From: an uncultured Elusimicrobia bacterium
Lineage (GTDB): Bacteria; Elusimicrobiota; Elusimicrobia; UBA1565; UBA9628
Assembly (NCBI GenBank): GCA_903881545.1
Contig: CAIRTQ010000007.1
Location: forward strand, 8,417 to 72,416
Length of the DNA: 64,000 bases
Direction of reading: 5' to 3'
The notes below the pieces were generated by a model. The model saw only the letters and a list, made by a program, of their open reading frames with translations. It was not told the DNA's origin and did no database searches. The translations under genes were made by a program, and so were the position numbers. Numbering within the stretch: position 1 is the first letter of the stretch; every line of letters begins with the position of its first letter. Shown here piece by piece: positions 9,906-19,133 of this stretch.

Positions 9906-10814
9906 TCAGGCCTGGAGCGCGGGGCGGTTCGAGGAGTTGTTCGCCTCGAGGTGCTTGAGGAAGGCCCGCACCGCCCGGTCCTCGCGCCGCACCTTGCGCA
10001 CTAGGACGCCCAGGGGCCGGGAAAGCTTCTGGTCCGCGAAGCGCCGCAGGCAAAGGCTCCCCGCCTTCGCCTCGGCCGCCACTGTCGCCACGGGCACGAT
10101 GGAGACCCCCATGCCGCTGGAGACCGCGTTTTTGATGGTCTCGATGTTGTCGAGCTCCATGAGCACCTTGGGCTTGACCCCCGCGCCGCGCAGGACCTTG
10201 TCCAGGGCCTTGCGCGTCGGAGTGCCGCGGTCGAAGGCGATGAACTGCTGGCCCGAGAGGGCGCCGAGGCCCAGACGCTCCTGGCGCGCCAGCGGGTGCC
10301 GTTTGGGCAGGATGAGGACCATCTCCTCCTCGCCTAAGGCGATGACCTGCAAGTCCCGTCGCTTGACCGGATAGGCCATGACACTCAGGTCGGAGCGGCC
10401 CCGCAGCAAATCGTCGCAGATGCGGCTCGCCTTCTGGTAGTCCACCTCCACCTTCACCTCGGGATGGAGCTTGATGAATCCCTTGAGGTAACGCTGTAGG
10501 AGGTAGGGCCCCACGCTGTAGATGGCCGCGATGCGCAGTCGCCGGGCGGATTCTGGGGCGGCGGACTGGATGCGCGCGGTCATGTCCTCGTAGGTGGCCA
10601 CGATGCGCTTGGCCGTCCGGTAGAATGTCTGGCCTGCGGGCGTCAGCTTGAGGCGCCGGCTGGCCCGGTCCAGCAGCGGCCGCCCCACGAAGCGCTCCAG
10701 GTGTTTGAGCTGCTGGCTGACCGCGGATTGGGTGAGATAGTTGAGGTCCGCCGCCTTGGAGAAGGTGCCGGTCTCGATGAGGTCTCGGAAGATGCGGAGG
10801 GATTCCAGATGCAT
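9906..10814 (-). CDS. LysR-family transcriptional regulator
   Basis: 302 aa. N-terminal wHTH (FSKAADLNYLTQSAVSQQLKHLE) followed by a LysR substrate-binding domain. Confidence 0.9.
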   Translation of the reverse strand: MHLESLRIFRDLIETGTFSKAADLNYLTQSAVSQQLKHLERFVGRPLLDRASRRLKLTPAGQTFYRTAKRIVATYEDMTARIQSAAPESARRLRIAAIYSVGPYLLQRYLKGFIKLHPEVKVEVDYQKASRICDDLLRGRSDLSVMAYPVKRRDLQVIALGEEEMVLILPKRHPLARQERLGLGALSGQQFIAFDRGTPTRKALDKVLRGAGVKPKVLMELDNIETIKNAVSSGMGVSIVPVATVAAEAKAGSLCLRRFADQKLSRPLGVLVRKVRREDRAVRAFLKHLEANNSSNRPALQA

Positions 10815-10831
10815 CGCTATGATGCTACAAA

Positions 10832-10852
10832 ATTATTAGACAGCCTAATAAT
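10832..10852. promoter_or_regulatory. Perfect palindrome ATTATTAG-N5-CTAATAAT, candidate LysR-type operator
   Basis: 8+5+8 bp inverted repeat 18 nt upstream of the lysR start, in the divergent lysR/hypA control region. LysR regulators typically bind AT-rich dyads (T-N11-A) at their own promoters. Confidence 0.5.
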
Positions 10853-10940
10853 CACATTAGCTAAAATTGTTTCGCCCCAGAGACGGCGAATGATATCATG
10901 AGGGTAGGTTTCAGCGGCGTCCCCCCCAGGAGGATAACGC

Positions 10941-11018
10941 ATGCCACTCGCGCAGAAGATCAAATACGAAGCGGAACACGACCAGGATTTTGCCCGATGG
11001 TCTTCATGGAGTCTTTGA
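10941..11018 (+). CDS. 25-codon upstream ORF (MPLAQKIKYEAEHDQDFARWSSWSL) in the hypA leader
   Basis: AGGAGG (10928-10933) lies 7 nt before the ATG. Too short for the ORF track. There is no homology evidence. Confidence 0.3.
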   Translation: MPLAQKIKYEAEHDQDFARWSSWSL

Positions 11019-11125
11019 CGCCTGTAACGCGTCAGGTTTTGACGCAGGAGTGGGGGCATAAGGCACCGCCCCTTCCGGGAGAGGAGGACGGCCGCCCTTC
11101 AGGGGCGGCGCGTCCTTAACGCGCC

Positions 11126-11503
11126 GTGCACGAGCAGGCCATAATCCAGAGCGTCATCGAATCCATCCGCAAAGACCTGGACTGCCGGGGCCTGAAGGGG
11201 AAGGTCAAGTCAGTTTCGCTGAAGGTGGGGGCTTTGGAGCTGCACGGCGTGGAGTCATTTAAGCAGATCTTCGCGATGTCGACCGCCGGGACCTGTTTGG
11301 AGGGCGCCGTCCTGGAACTGCAGGTCATCCCAGCGATCATCAAGTGCAATTGCGGCCACCAGGGCCCCGCAGGCGATGGCTTGGACCATCACTCGGACAT
11401 GCCCATCGCCGAGTGCCCGAGATGCGGAACGGTCTGCCGCGTGGAGGGGGGGCGGGGCGTTGAAGGGATCGATTTGCAGGTGGAAGAAATCCCCGTCAAG
11501 TAA
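11126..11503 (+). CDS. hypA: Hydrogenase nickel-insertion/maturation protein HypA
   Basis: GTG start giving the N-terminal MHE nickel motif. Zinc site KCNCGH...CPRCG. 125 aa. Confidence 0.8.
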   Translation: MHEQAIIQSVIESIRKDLDCRGLKGKVKSVSLKVGALELHGVESFKQIFAMSTAGTCLEGAVLELQVIPAIIKCNCGHQGPAGDGLDHHSDMPIAECPRCGTVCRVEGGRGVEGIDLQVEEIPVK

Positions 11504-11523
11504 GCCTGAAGCCCGTCCTTTGC

Positions 11524-12717
11524 CTACCTGCCTTGCAGCTTGCCCTTGAGGAGCTCCCCTAGCGTCCCCAGGCCCTGGGAAGCCGAGGACGACTGCTGCA
11601 TATAGGCCTTTATGTCCGCCTCTTCCTCTTCCTGAGCGCGACTGATTTCGGCCAAGGAGAGCGAAAGCTTCTTGTTGGTCCGGTCGACCGCTTCCACCCT
11701 CACCTCGACCCGCTGGCCCTCGTTGAGCACATCGCGCGGGTGGTTGATCCGCCGGTCGGCGCCCAGCCGGGAGATGTGGATGAGCCCTTCCACCCCGTCT
11801 CCCACCGCCACGAAGGCGCCAAAGGGCGCCAGGCGGGTGACGGTGCCATGATGGTAGGTGCCCATGGGCCAGGTCTGCTCGGCATTCTGCCAAGGGTCCG
11901 GTAAAGCGTCCTTGATGCTCAAGGAGATCCGGTTGCTTTCCCAGTCGATCTTCTTGACGATGATCTCGACCTGCTGACCGACCTTGAGCTTGTCGCCCAC
12001 GTTCTCAGTCCGGCCCCAAGCGATCTCCGAGACCGGGATGAGCCCTTCGATTCCGCCCACGTCGGCGAAGGCGCCGAACTTCTGAATCGAGGTGACGGTG
12101 GCCTGGAGGCGTTGGCCTTCCTTCAGCGTTTCCTTGAGGGCCTGGGCCATAACCTGCCGCTCGCCCTCCACGATTGATCTGCGGGAAAGCACCACGTTGC
12201 GCGCGGCGCATTCGGTGACCTTGAAGGTGAAGGACTTGCCCACCTGCTCGGCCGGGCTCTCCTCCCGCCGCAGGCCCATCTGCGAGTAGGGGCAGAAAGC
12301 GCGCATGCCGCCGCTGATCTTGACCTCGAAGCCGCCTTTCATCTCCTTGATGATCGTGCCTTCCACCGGGATGCCGCTTGTGCAGGCGCTGCGCAGCTGG
12401 GCCTGGCCCATGGGGCCCGAGCCCATCTTCGTCGTGAAATGCAGGTCGTGGCCCTGCGAGGGCAGGTAGTAGGCGCGCACATTGTCGCCCTCTTTGACGG
12501 TGAGGTTGCCGTCCGCGTCGATCATCTCCTTGCGGTCCAGGTAGCCCTCGCCCTTGCGGCCTACGTCGAGGAAGATCCAGGAGAGATCGATCTTGACGAT
12601 GGCCGCCTCGATCATCTGGCCCGGCGTGAACCGTGTCTGCTCCTGGAAGCTCTCCTCAAAGAGCGCCGCAAAATCGTCTTTTTCTTCGGGTGTGTCAGTA
12701 GGCTGGTTCTCTTTCAT
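11524..12717 (-). CDS. S1 RNA-binding domain protein (ribosomal protein S1-like, four S1 repeats)
   Basis: 397 aa with repeated S1 motifs (G..V.G.V..I..FGAFV.., GLIHISR / GLIPVSE). Confidence 0.85.
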   Translation of the reverse strand: MKENQPTDTPEEKDDFAALFEESFQEQTRFTPGQMIEAAIVKIDLSWIFLDVGRKGEGYLDRKEMIDADGNLTVKEGDNVRAYYLPSQGHDLHFTTKMGSGPMGQAQLRSACTSGIPVEGTIIKEMKGGFEVKISGGMRAFCPYSQMGLRREESPAEQVGKSFTFKVTECAARNVVLSRRSIVEGERQVMAQALKETLKEGQRLQATVTSIQKFGAFADVGGIEGLIPVSEIAWGRTENVGDKLKVGQQVEIIVKKIDWESNRISLSIKDALPDPWQNAEQTWPMGTYHHGTVTRLAPFGAFVAVGDGVEGLIHISRLGADRRINHPRDVLNEGQRVEVRVEAVDRTNKKLSLSLAEISRAQEEEEADIKAYMQQSSSASQGLGTLGELLKGKLQGR

Positions 12718-12817
12718 GTCTTCCTTTCCCTATGCTGCCGGAATCGCTGCGCGGCGGCGCCAACAGTATCATACCATTTGGGCCGCGCCTTGGGGCTGCT
12801 GTCTGCGCGGCGCGAGT

Positions 12818-14044
12818 TCAATGGGGAGGGGCCGCCAGCAGCCCCTGGATATTTCCCTTGACGTTCTGGTCGGCGCAGACATCCGCGATCGCTGCGATGG
12901 CTGCGGAGAGGGGAAGTTCATATCCCTCCCGCCAGGTCCCTTCGAAGAGCTGGGTCTGGGAGCTGAAGCCGCTCTGCAATAGGCGCGCCAGCCGCAGGGC
13001 CTCGGCATCTCGGCCTACCTTGGCTTCGGCCAGGGCCCGGCGATAATAGCATTGCGCCGACAGGGCGTCCTTGGGATAGAGCTTGAAGAGCTCGTCGCAT
13101 CGGGCCAACGCTTCCTTGGGCTGATTCTGTCGCTCGCGGATATCAAAGGCGAGGTAGAGGGCTATGGCTCCGGTCGGCCGGTGGGGCCGTTGGTAAGGCA
13201 GGGAATCGCGGCAATCGGAGGAGTCTTCGGTAGGATAGTCCTTGGCCGCCTGCTGGAGCTGCGCGACAGCGGCATCCGGTTGCCCTAATTCGTCGTAGTC
13301 GAGCCCTGTCATCACGCGGGCGGCACCGGCGACTTTGCTGCCGGGATAGCGCTTTATGAATTCCTGGTAGGTCGCGATGGATTGTTCCAGGCCTTCCTTG
13401 TGGACCACTGTGTCTTCCCATGTCCCCCAGTGGTGGTCGTCGGCTATCAGGAAATAGGCGTCCGGCACGATCTTGGCATCCGGATAACTAGCGGATAGGT
13501 CTTTTAAGATGGAGATAGACTTATTGAACGCCGCCTCGGTCTTCTTCGCGTCCGCGAATTCGGGTCCTTCCTCAAGGGTGTCAATGGCGATCTTGTGGGC
13601 CTGGAGGTACAGCTTCAGGGGGATCGCATCATGGTCGCGGCACTCAGCCAGCATCTTGACCTTGCCCCGGGGATATTCGGACAAGCGGTAGTTTGCGATG
13701 GCCTTATCGAACAAGGAGAGGTCTTCATAACAGCGGGCGATGCGGTTGTAGATGTCCCACCGGATGTTGAGCACTTCGTGGCCGCGGGTGAGGTCTTGGG
13801 GCACCGCGTCATGGCTGATGTTTTTCAGTTTAGCATCCGAGAGAGAGATGAATTGTTGGTAAGCCGCTATGGCTTGGGTGCATTTGCCGTCGCGGCGGAG
13901 TCGATCGGCGGTGTCGAGGATGCGGATGGCGTCCTTGAGGATGGCGGCTTTGTCATCCTGGGCCGAGATGTGGGCCGAGAGGCTGAACATGCAGGAGGCC
14001 AGCAGAAGGCAGCGCGGCAGCGTGCGAAGTTTTGATGGGTTCAT
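12818..14044 (-). CDS. Secreted TPR-like repeat protein
   Basis: Signal peptide (LLLASCMFSLSAHISAQ) and repeated A..Y..F...YP-type helical repeats. The 5' half has lower GC (about 48-52% on sampled lines). Confidence 0.6.
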   Translation of the reverse strand: MNPSKLRTLPRCLLLASCMFSLSAHISAQDDKAAILKDAIRILDTADRLRRDGKCTQAIAAYQQFISLSDAKLKNISHDAVPQDLTRGHEVLNIRWDIYNRIARCYEDLSLFDKAIANYRLSEYPRGKVKMLAECRDHDAIPLKLYLQAHKIAIDTLEEGPEFADAKKTEAAFNKSISILKDLSASYPDAKIVPDAYFLIADDHHWGTWEDTVVHKEGLEQSIATYQEFIKRYPGSKVAGAARVMTGLDYDELGQPDAAVAQLQQAAKDYPTEDSSDCRDSLPYQRPHRPTGAIALYLAFDIRERQNQPKEALARCDELFKLYPKDALSAQCYYRRALAEAKVGRDAEALRLARLLQSGFSSQTQLFEGTWREGYELPLSAAIAAIADVCADQNVKGNIQGLLAAPPH

Positions 14045-14051
14045 TCGGTGA

Positions 14052-14912
14052 TCATCCTTTTCTAAATCTGAACAAGTCGCTGATCCTCTTCCAGAAAGGC
14101 GGTCGGGAGGCAGGCTCGGCGCGCATCCGCGCTTCCAGGGCGGGGATGGCGTTGCCGGTCTGTAGGTGGCCTTGCTCCATTAGGAAATCCAGGCGACCGA
14201 AATCCAGGAAGGGGCAGTCCTTGAGATTTAGCTCGATGAGCGTGTCCTGCGGCTGTAGGTGTTGGGTGGCGATGAACTTCTGCATGATATAGAAGGAGCG
14301 GATCGTCAGTTCCGTGGTGGACAATTGACGAGGGTCGGTGGAAGGATGGGCGTAGCTGGGGTTGGCGCTGACCGCGAGCAAAACCCCGCAGCCGGCCTGG
14401 CGCGAGAGGTCTGCGGGCAAGGGATTGCTGACTCCGCCGTCTACGAGCAGGAGTTCCTCACCGGCCACGCGTCGCGCCACGGGGGTCAGCAGTCCCGGCA
14501 CGGCGAAGCTGGCGCACAGGGCGGAGACGAGGTCGCCGTCGCGCAGGACGACCGGCGTCCCTTTATGGATGTCCGTGGCGGTGACCGCGATGGGGATTTT
14601 GAGGTCGCTGAATTTTGCGTCGCCGAGATGGTGGCGCAGGAATTCCTCCAGATGGCGGCCGCTGGAGAGTCCACCCTTGGGAAGCTTCCAATCCCAGAAG
14701 ATGCGCAGTCCGCGGTTGGCGAAATCGCGCGCGACCAGCTCGACCCAAGCGACATCGAGGCGGGCGGCGTAGAGCGCCGCGATGACCGCGCCCATGCTGG
14801 TGGCGGAGATAAAATCGGGGCGCAGGCGTTGGTGCAGGGCGCGCAGGACTCCGATGTGGGCAAAGCCGCGCGCGCCGCCGCCGCTTAAAGCCAAGCCGAA
14901 TCTTCTACTCAT
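14052..14912 (-). CDS. Patatin-like phospholipase
   Basis: GGGARGFAHIGV oxyanion motif, ATSMGA (GxSxG) nucleophile and DGG aspartate motif. Confidence 0.85.
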   Translation of the reverse strand: MSRRFGLALSGGGARGFAHIGVLRALHQRLRPDFISATSMGAVIAALYAARLDVAWVELVARDFANRGLRIFWDWKLPKGGLSSGRHLEEFLRHHLGDAKFSDLKIPIAVTATDIHKGTPVVLRDGDLVSALCASFAVPGLLTPVARRVAGEELLLVDGGVSNPLPADLSRQAGCGVLLAVSANPSYAHPSTDPRQLSTTELTIRSFYIMQKFIATQHLQPQDTLIELNLKDCPFLDFGRLDFLMEQGHLQTGNAIPALEARMRAEPASRPPFWKRISDLFRFRKG

Positions 14913-15033
14913 CTGGTCGATGTCCCTCTAGAGGATGATGCCCTGTCCGCATAGGGCAGCCGCTGCCTAGGTGTTCTTTTCCCGTTCCGCGTATTGTATC
15001 ATAGCGGTTCTTGGTCCCCGGGAGAGAAGACGG

Positions 15034-16995
15034 ATGCTGAGCTGGATACGCCATTTGGTGTTCGGCAAGGCCTGCGACCTCAAAGACCCGCAGCTCTACC
15101 ATCGGGTCTCGCTCGTCGCTTTCATGGCCTGGATCGGGCTGGGCGCCGACGGGCTGACCTCTTCCTGCTACGGCCCGGACGAGGCCTTTCGGACCTTGGG
15201 CGTGCATTCTCACCTCGCCCTGCTGCTGGCGGTCATGACCGCGGTCACCATCTGCGTGATCGCCCTCGCCTATTCGAACCTCATCGAACATTTCCCCGGC
15301 GGCGGCGGCGGCTATCTGGTGGCCACCAAGCTCCTGGGCGAGAATGCCGGGGTCGTCTCCGGCTGCGCCCTCCTGGTCGACTATGTCCTGACCATCGCGG
15401 TCTCCATCGCCAGCGGCTGCGACGCCCTGTGGTCGTTTTTGCCGCACCACTGGGCGGCCTACAAGCTCGGGGCGGAGGTGGGCATCCTCCTCTTTTTGGT
15501 GGTCCTCAACATGCGCGGCGTGAAGGAATCCGTGACCCTGCTGGCGCCCATCTTCCTGATCTTCGTCGGCACCCATCTCTTCCTCATCCTCTATGCTGTG
15601 GGCAGCCATCTGACCGGACTGCCGCTCATCGTCCACGGCGCCGCATCGGACCTGCATGAATCGGTCCGTTCGCTGGGCCCCATGGCCGTGGGCCTCATCC
15701 TGCTACGCGCCTATTCCATGGGCGGCGGCACTTACACGGGCATCGAGGCCGTGTCCAACGGCATCAACATCCTGAGGGAGCCCCGGGTGCAGACCGGCAA
15801 GGCCACGATGGCGTTGATGGCGGGCTCTCTCGCCTTCACGGCAGGCGGCGTTTTAGTGGGCTACCTCCTGGTCGGCGCCGCGCCGGAGTTGGGCAAGACC
15901 ATGAACGCGGTCTTGTTGGAGCGGCTTTTCTCCTCCTGGCGGCTCGGCGCTTTCCCAATCGGACAGACCATCGTCATCGGGACCTTGGTCTCCGAGGCCG
16001 TACTCCTGTTCGTGGCGGCGCAGACCGGTTTCATCGACGGGCCGCGCGTGCTGGCCAATATGGCCGTGGACTCCTGGGTGCCGCGTCGCTTCTCCCAGCT
16101 CTCCGAGCGCCTGGTCACTAAGGACGGAGTCCTGCTCATGGCCGCGGCGGCCGCCGCAGTGCTCCTTTATACGCGAGGCGCCATTTCCGTGCTGGTGGTC
16201 ATGTACTCCATCAACGTGTTTCTGACCTTCTCGTTGACCGAGCTGGGCATGGCCCGCTACTGGATCCAGGAGCGGAAGCGGCAGCCGCGCTGGAAGAGCC
16301 AACTGGCCATACAGGGCACGGGCCTGGTCATGTGTCTGAGCATACTCATCGTGACCCTCTGCGAGAAGTTCCGGGAAGGAGGATGGGTCACGGCGGTCAT
16401 CACCGGCGCGGCCATAGGCATTTGCTTTCTCATCCGGCGTCACTACAATGCCGTGCGCTACGAGATGCGGCGGCTCGACTCTCTGTTGGATATCCCGATG
16501 CCGCCGGATCCGCCCGCCGTGCCCCCCTTGGACCAGAAGGCGCCTACGGCCGTGGTCATGGTGGGGGGGTTCTCGGGCTTCGGTCTGCACCAGATCCTCT
16601 CCATCCAGCGCCTTTTCCCCTACTATTTCAAGACCTTCGTCTTCATATCGGTCGGGGTGGTGGACTCCGGCGTATTCAAGGGCTCGGAGGAGATCAAGCG
16701 GCTTGAGGCGCGGACTGCCGCGGAGCTGGAGCGCTATGTGGACTGGTGCCGGGCCCACGGTTTCCAAGCCGTCAGTCGCTGCGTCGTGGATACGGAGACG
16801 GTCCCTGCCCTCGAAGGGCTCTGCCGCGGGGTCGCCCGCGATTTCCCGCGGGCCATTTTCTTCACGGGCAAGCTCATCTTCCAGGAGGAGAAGTTCAGCC
16901 AGCGCTTCCTGCACAACGAGACCGCCTTGTCCATACAGCGGCGCCTGCAGTTCGCCGGTCTACAGACCGTCGTGCTGCCCATCCGGGCCACCTAG
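15034..16995 (+). CDS. APC-superfamily permease with C-terminal cytoplasmic domain (KimA-like, possibly a K+ transporter)
   Basis: N-terminus IRHLVFGKACDL...GLGADGLTSSCYGPDEAF resembles the KimA-type N-terminus. About 12 TM segments and a C-terminal domain of about 200 aa. A GGGAGAGAAG RBS precedes the ATG at 15034. Confidence 0.75.
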   Translation: MLSWIRHLVFGKACDLKDPQLYHRVSLVAFMAWIGLGADGLTSSCYGPDEAFRTLGVHSHLALLLAVMTAVTICVIALAYSNLIEHFPGGGGGYLVATKLLGENAGVVSGCALLVDYVLTIAVSIASGCDALWSFLPHHWAAYKLGAEVGILLFLVVLNMRGVKESVTLLAPIFLIFVGTHLFLILYAVGSHLTGLPLIVHGAASDLHESVRSLGPMAVGLILLRAYSMGGGTYTGIEAVSNGINILREPRVQTGKATMALMAGSLAFTAGGVLVGYLLVGAAPELGKTMNAVLLERLFSSWRLGAFPIGQTIVIGTLVSEAVLLFVAAQTGFIDGPRVLANMAVDSWVPRRFSQLSERLVTKDGVLLMAAAAAAVLLYTRGAISVLVVMYSINVFLTFSLTELGMARYWIQERKRQPRWKSQLAIQGTGLVMCLSILIVTLCEKFREGGWVTAVITGAAIGICFLIRRHYNAVRYEMRRLDSLLDIPMPPDPPAVPPLDQKAPTAVVMVGGFSGFGLHQILSIQRLFPYYFKTFVFISVGVVDSGVFKGSEEIKRLEARTAAELERYVDWCRAHGFQAVSRCVVDTETVPALEGLCRGVARDFPRAIFFTGKLIFQEEKFSQRFLHNETALSIQRRLQFAGLQTVVLPIRAT

Positions 16996-17014
16996 GCGCG
17001 GTGCCGCGAATTCC

Positions 17015-17043
17015 TTGCCCGCAAATGGCGGATTGGATATAAT
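17015..17043 (+). promoter_or_regulatory. Sigma-70-type promoter TTGCCC-N17-TATAAT, 6 nt before the ATG (leaderless candidate)
   Basis: -35 at 17015-17020, -10 at 17038-17043, ATG at 17050. Confidence 0.5.
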
Positions 17044-17049
17044 GGCTCC

Positions 17050-17967
17050 ATGAGAAATCCCTTTGCGACTTGCCGGCTTGCGGCCGGTTGTTTTCTGACG
17101 CTGGTTTTGTCGGCCGGGGCTGCCCGCCGCGCGCGCGCCGAAGCGCAGGCCTCCCCGCTGCCGCTGAACTCCTGGGAAGTCAAGATGCTGCTCAACCCGG
17201 CCATGTTTGCCGAAGAAGACTCAGGGGCGGCGTCCTTCTGGCGGCTCGCGCGCTCGGTGGCGGCAGGCCAGGGCCTCATCGTCAATGGGAAGGCGGACGA
17301 CAAGACGGTCCGCCACCTGGCCTACTTGGATACCGCCGACTTCGCCTTTAACAAGAAGGGCTACATTCTGCGGTTGCGCCAAGCCGATCCGGTCGCCTAT
17401 CCGCAGGGCGCCTTGCCGAAGTCCGACCTCACCTTGAAGTTCCGCAGCGCGGACCAAGCGCTCTCCGCCTCCAAGGACGTCTCCCCCGCGCCGGGCATCA
17501 GCGGCAAGGGCAAGTTCGAAGACGACGTGGTCTTCCAGGACGGTGCGCTCAAGGACGTGTTCTCAAAGAGCGCCAAGATAGATGCTGCCGGCTTCTCCGG
17601 CAAGACAGTGGGGCAGTTCGCCGGACTTTATCCGGCCCTGGGCAACCTGTGGCTGGCCCCTGCCGCGGCGATCGGCGTGGTCAACGACAAGCGGGTGGAG
17701 GAACACGTCTTCGATCCCGGCACCATCACCCTGCCCGGCGGCGTGATGGCGGACGCCGCGCTGACGGTCTGGCGCTTCGACAAGGCCGGCGAGCCCTGCA
17801 TCGCCGAATTCTCGTTCGCTTTTGCCGCGGCCCCGGAACCGGCCGAGACGGCGGCGCGCGCTTACATGACCGCGCTGGCCAAGGCCGCCGGAGACTGGAC
17901 GTACCGCGGCGGCGGCACGAAGACGGAACTGATCTACGGCCCCGGCAATGGCGGCGGGGGAGACTAG
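17050..17967 (+). CDS. Secreted protein with CYTH-like (triphosphate tunnel) strand pattern
   Basis: Signal peptide. WEVKML, YLDTADFAFNKKGYILRLR, LTLKFR, KFEDDV, DKRVEEHVF and IAEFSF follow the order of CYTH beta-strand motifs, but ExExK is degenerate. Confidence 0.6.
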   Translation: MRNPFATCRLAAGCFLTLVLSAGAARRARAEAQASPLPLNSWEVKMLLNPAMFAEEDSGAASFWRLARSVAAGQGLIVNGKADDKTVRHLAYLDTADFAFNKKGYILRLRQADPVAYPQGALPKSDLTLKFRSADQALSASKDVSPAPGISGKGKFEDDVVFQDGALKDVFSKSAKIDAAGFSGKTVGQFAGLYPALGNLWLAPAAAIGVVNDKRVEEHVFDPGTITLPGGVMADAALTVWRFDKAGEPCIAEFSFAFAAAPEPAETAARAYMTALAKAAGDWTYRGGGTKTELIYGPGNGGGGD

Positions 17968-18009
17968 GGACGCGGCGGATCGCGCGCCGTTGAAATAGAG
18001 GGGGGCATC

Positions 18010-18612
18010 ATGGCTGAAGTGAAACCGAGATTCGAGTTCCGCACTTTTGCGCAGGACTTCGGGCTGGTGGAACAGAAGATGCGCAAGCTCGCCAAATGCG
18101 AGCAGATACGGGAAAGCTCCGAGATCTACATCATGTCCGCCGGCAACAGCGAGAACAACACCAAGGTCCGGGACGCCTTGATGGATATCAAGATCTTCGT
18201 GACCAAGGAGCAGGGGCTGGAGCAATGGAACCCGCGCATGAAGGGCTCCTTCCCCATGCCCGCCGCGACCCTTAAGAACGAGGTGTTCACGGCTTTCGGC
18301 GTGCCCTGCCCGGAACTGAGCCGGCAGGAATACACCTTGGACCAGTTCATCAACGAGCTGGTCCGGCCGCACAAGGACTTGGTGCCGGCTTACGTGATGA
18401 AGCGGCGCTTTGCCTTCACCGTGAACAACTGCATCACGGAATACGCCGAACTGCTCATCAACGGCGCGGCCATCAAGACCGTGGCCGTGGAATCCGTGAG
18501 CGTGCCCGACATCCTCAAGGCGGTGGAACTGCTGGGCCTGCGCGAATACGAGAACGTCAATTACCTTCGCGCCATCAAGCGGATCATCGGCATGGATCCC
18601 CTGCCCGCCTAA
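18010..18612 (+). CDS. CYTH-like protein (degenerate ExExK)
   Basis: RFEFRTF, EIYIMS, MDIKIF, VMKRRFAFTVNNCITEYAELLING and IKTVAVES match the CYTH strand pattern. 200 aa. Confidence 0.55.
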   Translation: MAEVKPRFEFRTFAQDFGLVEQKMRKLAKCEQIRESSEIYIMSAGNSENNTKVRDALMDIKIFVTKEQGLEQWNPRMKGSFPMPAATLKNEVFTAFGVPCPELSRQEYTLDQFINELVRPHKDLVPAYVMKRRFAFTVNNCITEYAELLINGAAIKTVAVESVSVPDILKAVELLGLREYENVNYLRAIKRIIGMDPLPA

Positions 18613-18668
18613 GGCAAGCGGGGGCGGCCGGCTTTCATCTTGACGCACTGATTCGACCGGAGGATATC

Positions 18669-19133
18669 ATGGGAAAGGAAATCGAGCGCAAATTTTTGGT
18701 TAACGGTGACGGCTGGCGCGCGCTGGCCGAGCCGGTGAAGTACCGCCAGGGCTATCTCTCCACCGTAAAAGAGCGCACCGTGCGGGTGCGCACCATCGAT
18801 GACAAAGGCTACCTGACCATCAAGGGCATCACCACCGGTGTCACCCGGGCCGAGTACGAATACGAAATACCGGCGGCGGACGCCGACCGCATGCTGACCG
18901 ACCTCTGCGAGAAGCCTCTCATCGAGAAGTCGCGCAGCACGATAGCCCTCGGCGGGCTTGACTGGGAAGTCGATGAGTTCTTCGGCGACAATCAGGGCCT
19001 GATCGTGGCCGAGGTGGAGCTCCAGAGCGCGGACCAGGCCGTCGCCAAACCCGCCTGGGTGGGCCAAGAAGTCTCGGGCGACTCCCGTTACTTCAACTCC
19101 AACCTCATCAAGAAGCCTTTCACTAGATGGTGA
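18669..19133 (+). CDS. CYTH domain protein (triphosphate tunnel metalloenzyme)
   Basis: Canonical EIERKFLV (ExExK), VRVRT, LTIKG, RAEYEYEI and LIVAEVEL. 154 aa. Confidence 0.85.
   Translation: MGKEIERKFLVNGDGWRALAEPVKYRQGYLSTVKERTVRVRTIDDKGYLTIKGITTGVTRAEYEYEIPAADADRMLTDLCEKPLIEKSRSTIALGGLDWEVDEFFGDNQGLIVAEVELQSADQAVAKPAWVGQEVSGDSRYFNSNLIKKPFTRW

Noticed and set aside
10898-11119. 73-aa track ORF in the lysR-hypA spacer.
   Set aside because: It starts inside the -10-like box, has no RBS and is Arg/Pro/Gly-rich. The 25-codon uORF in another frame, preceded by AGGAGG, is the more credible coding element.
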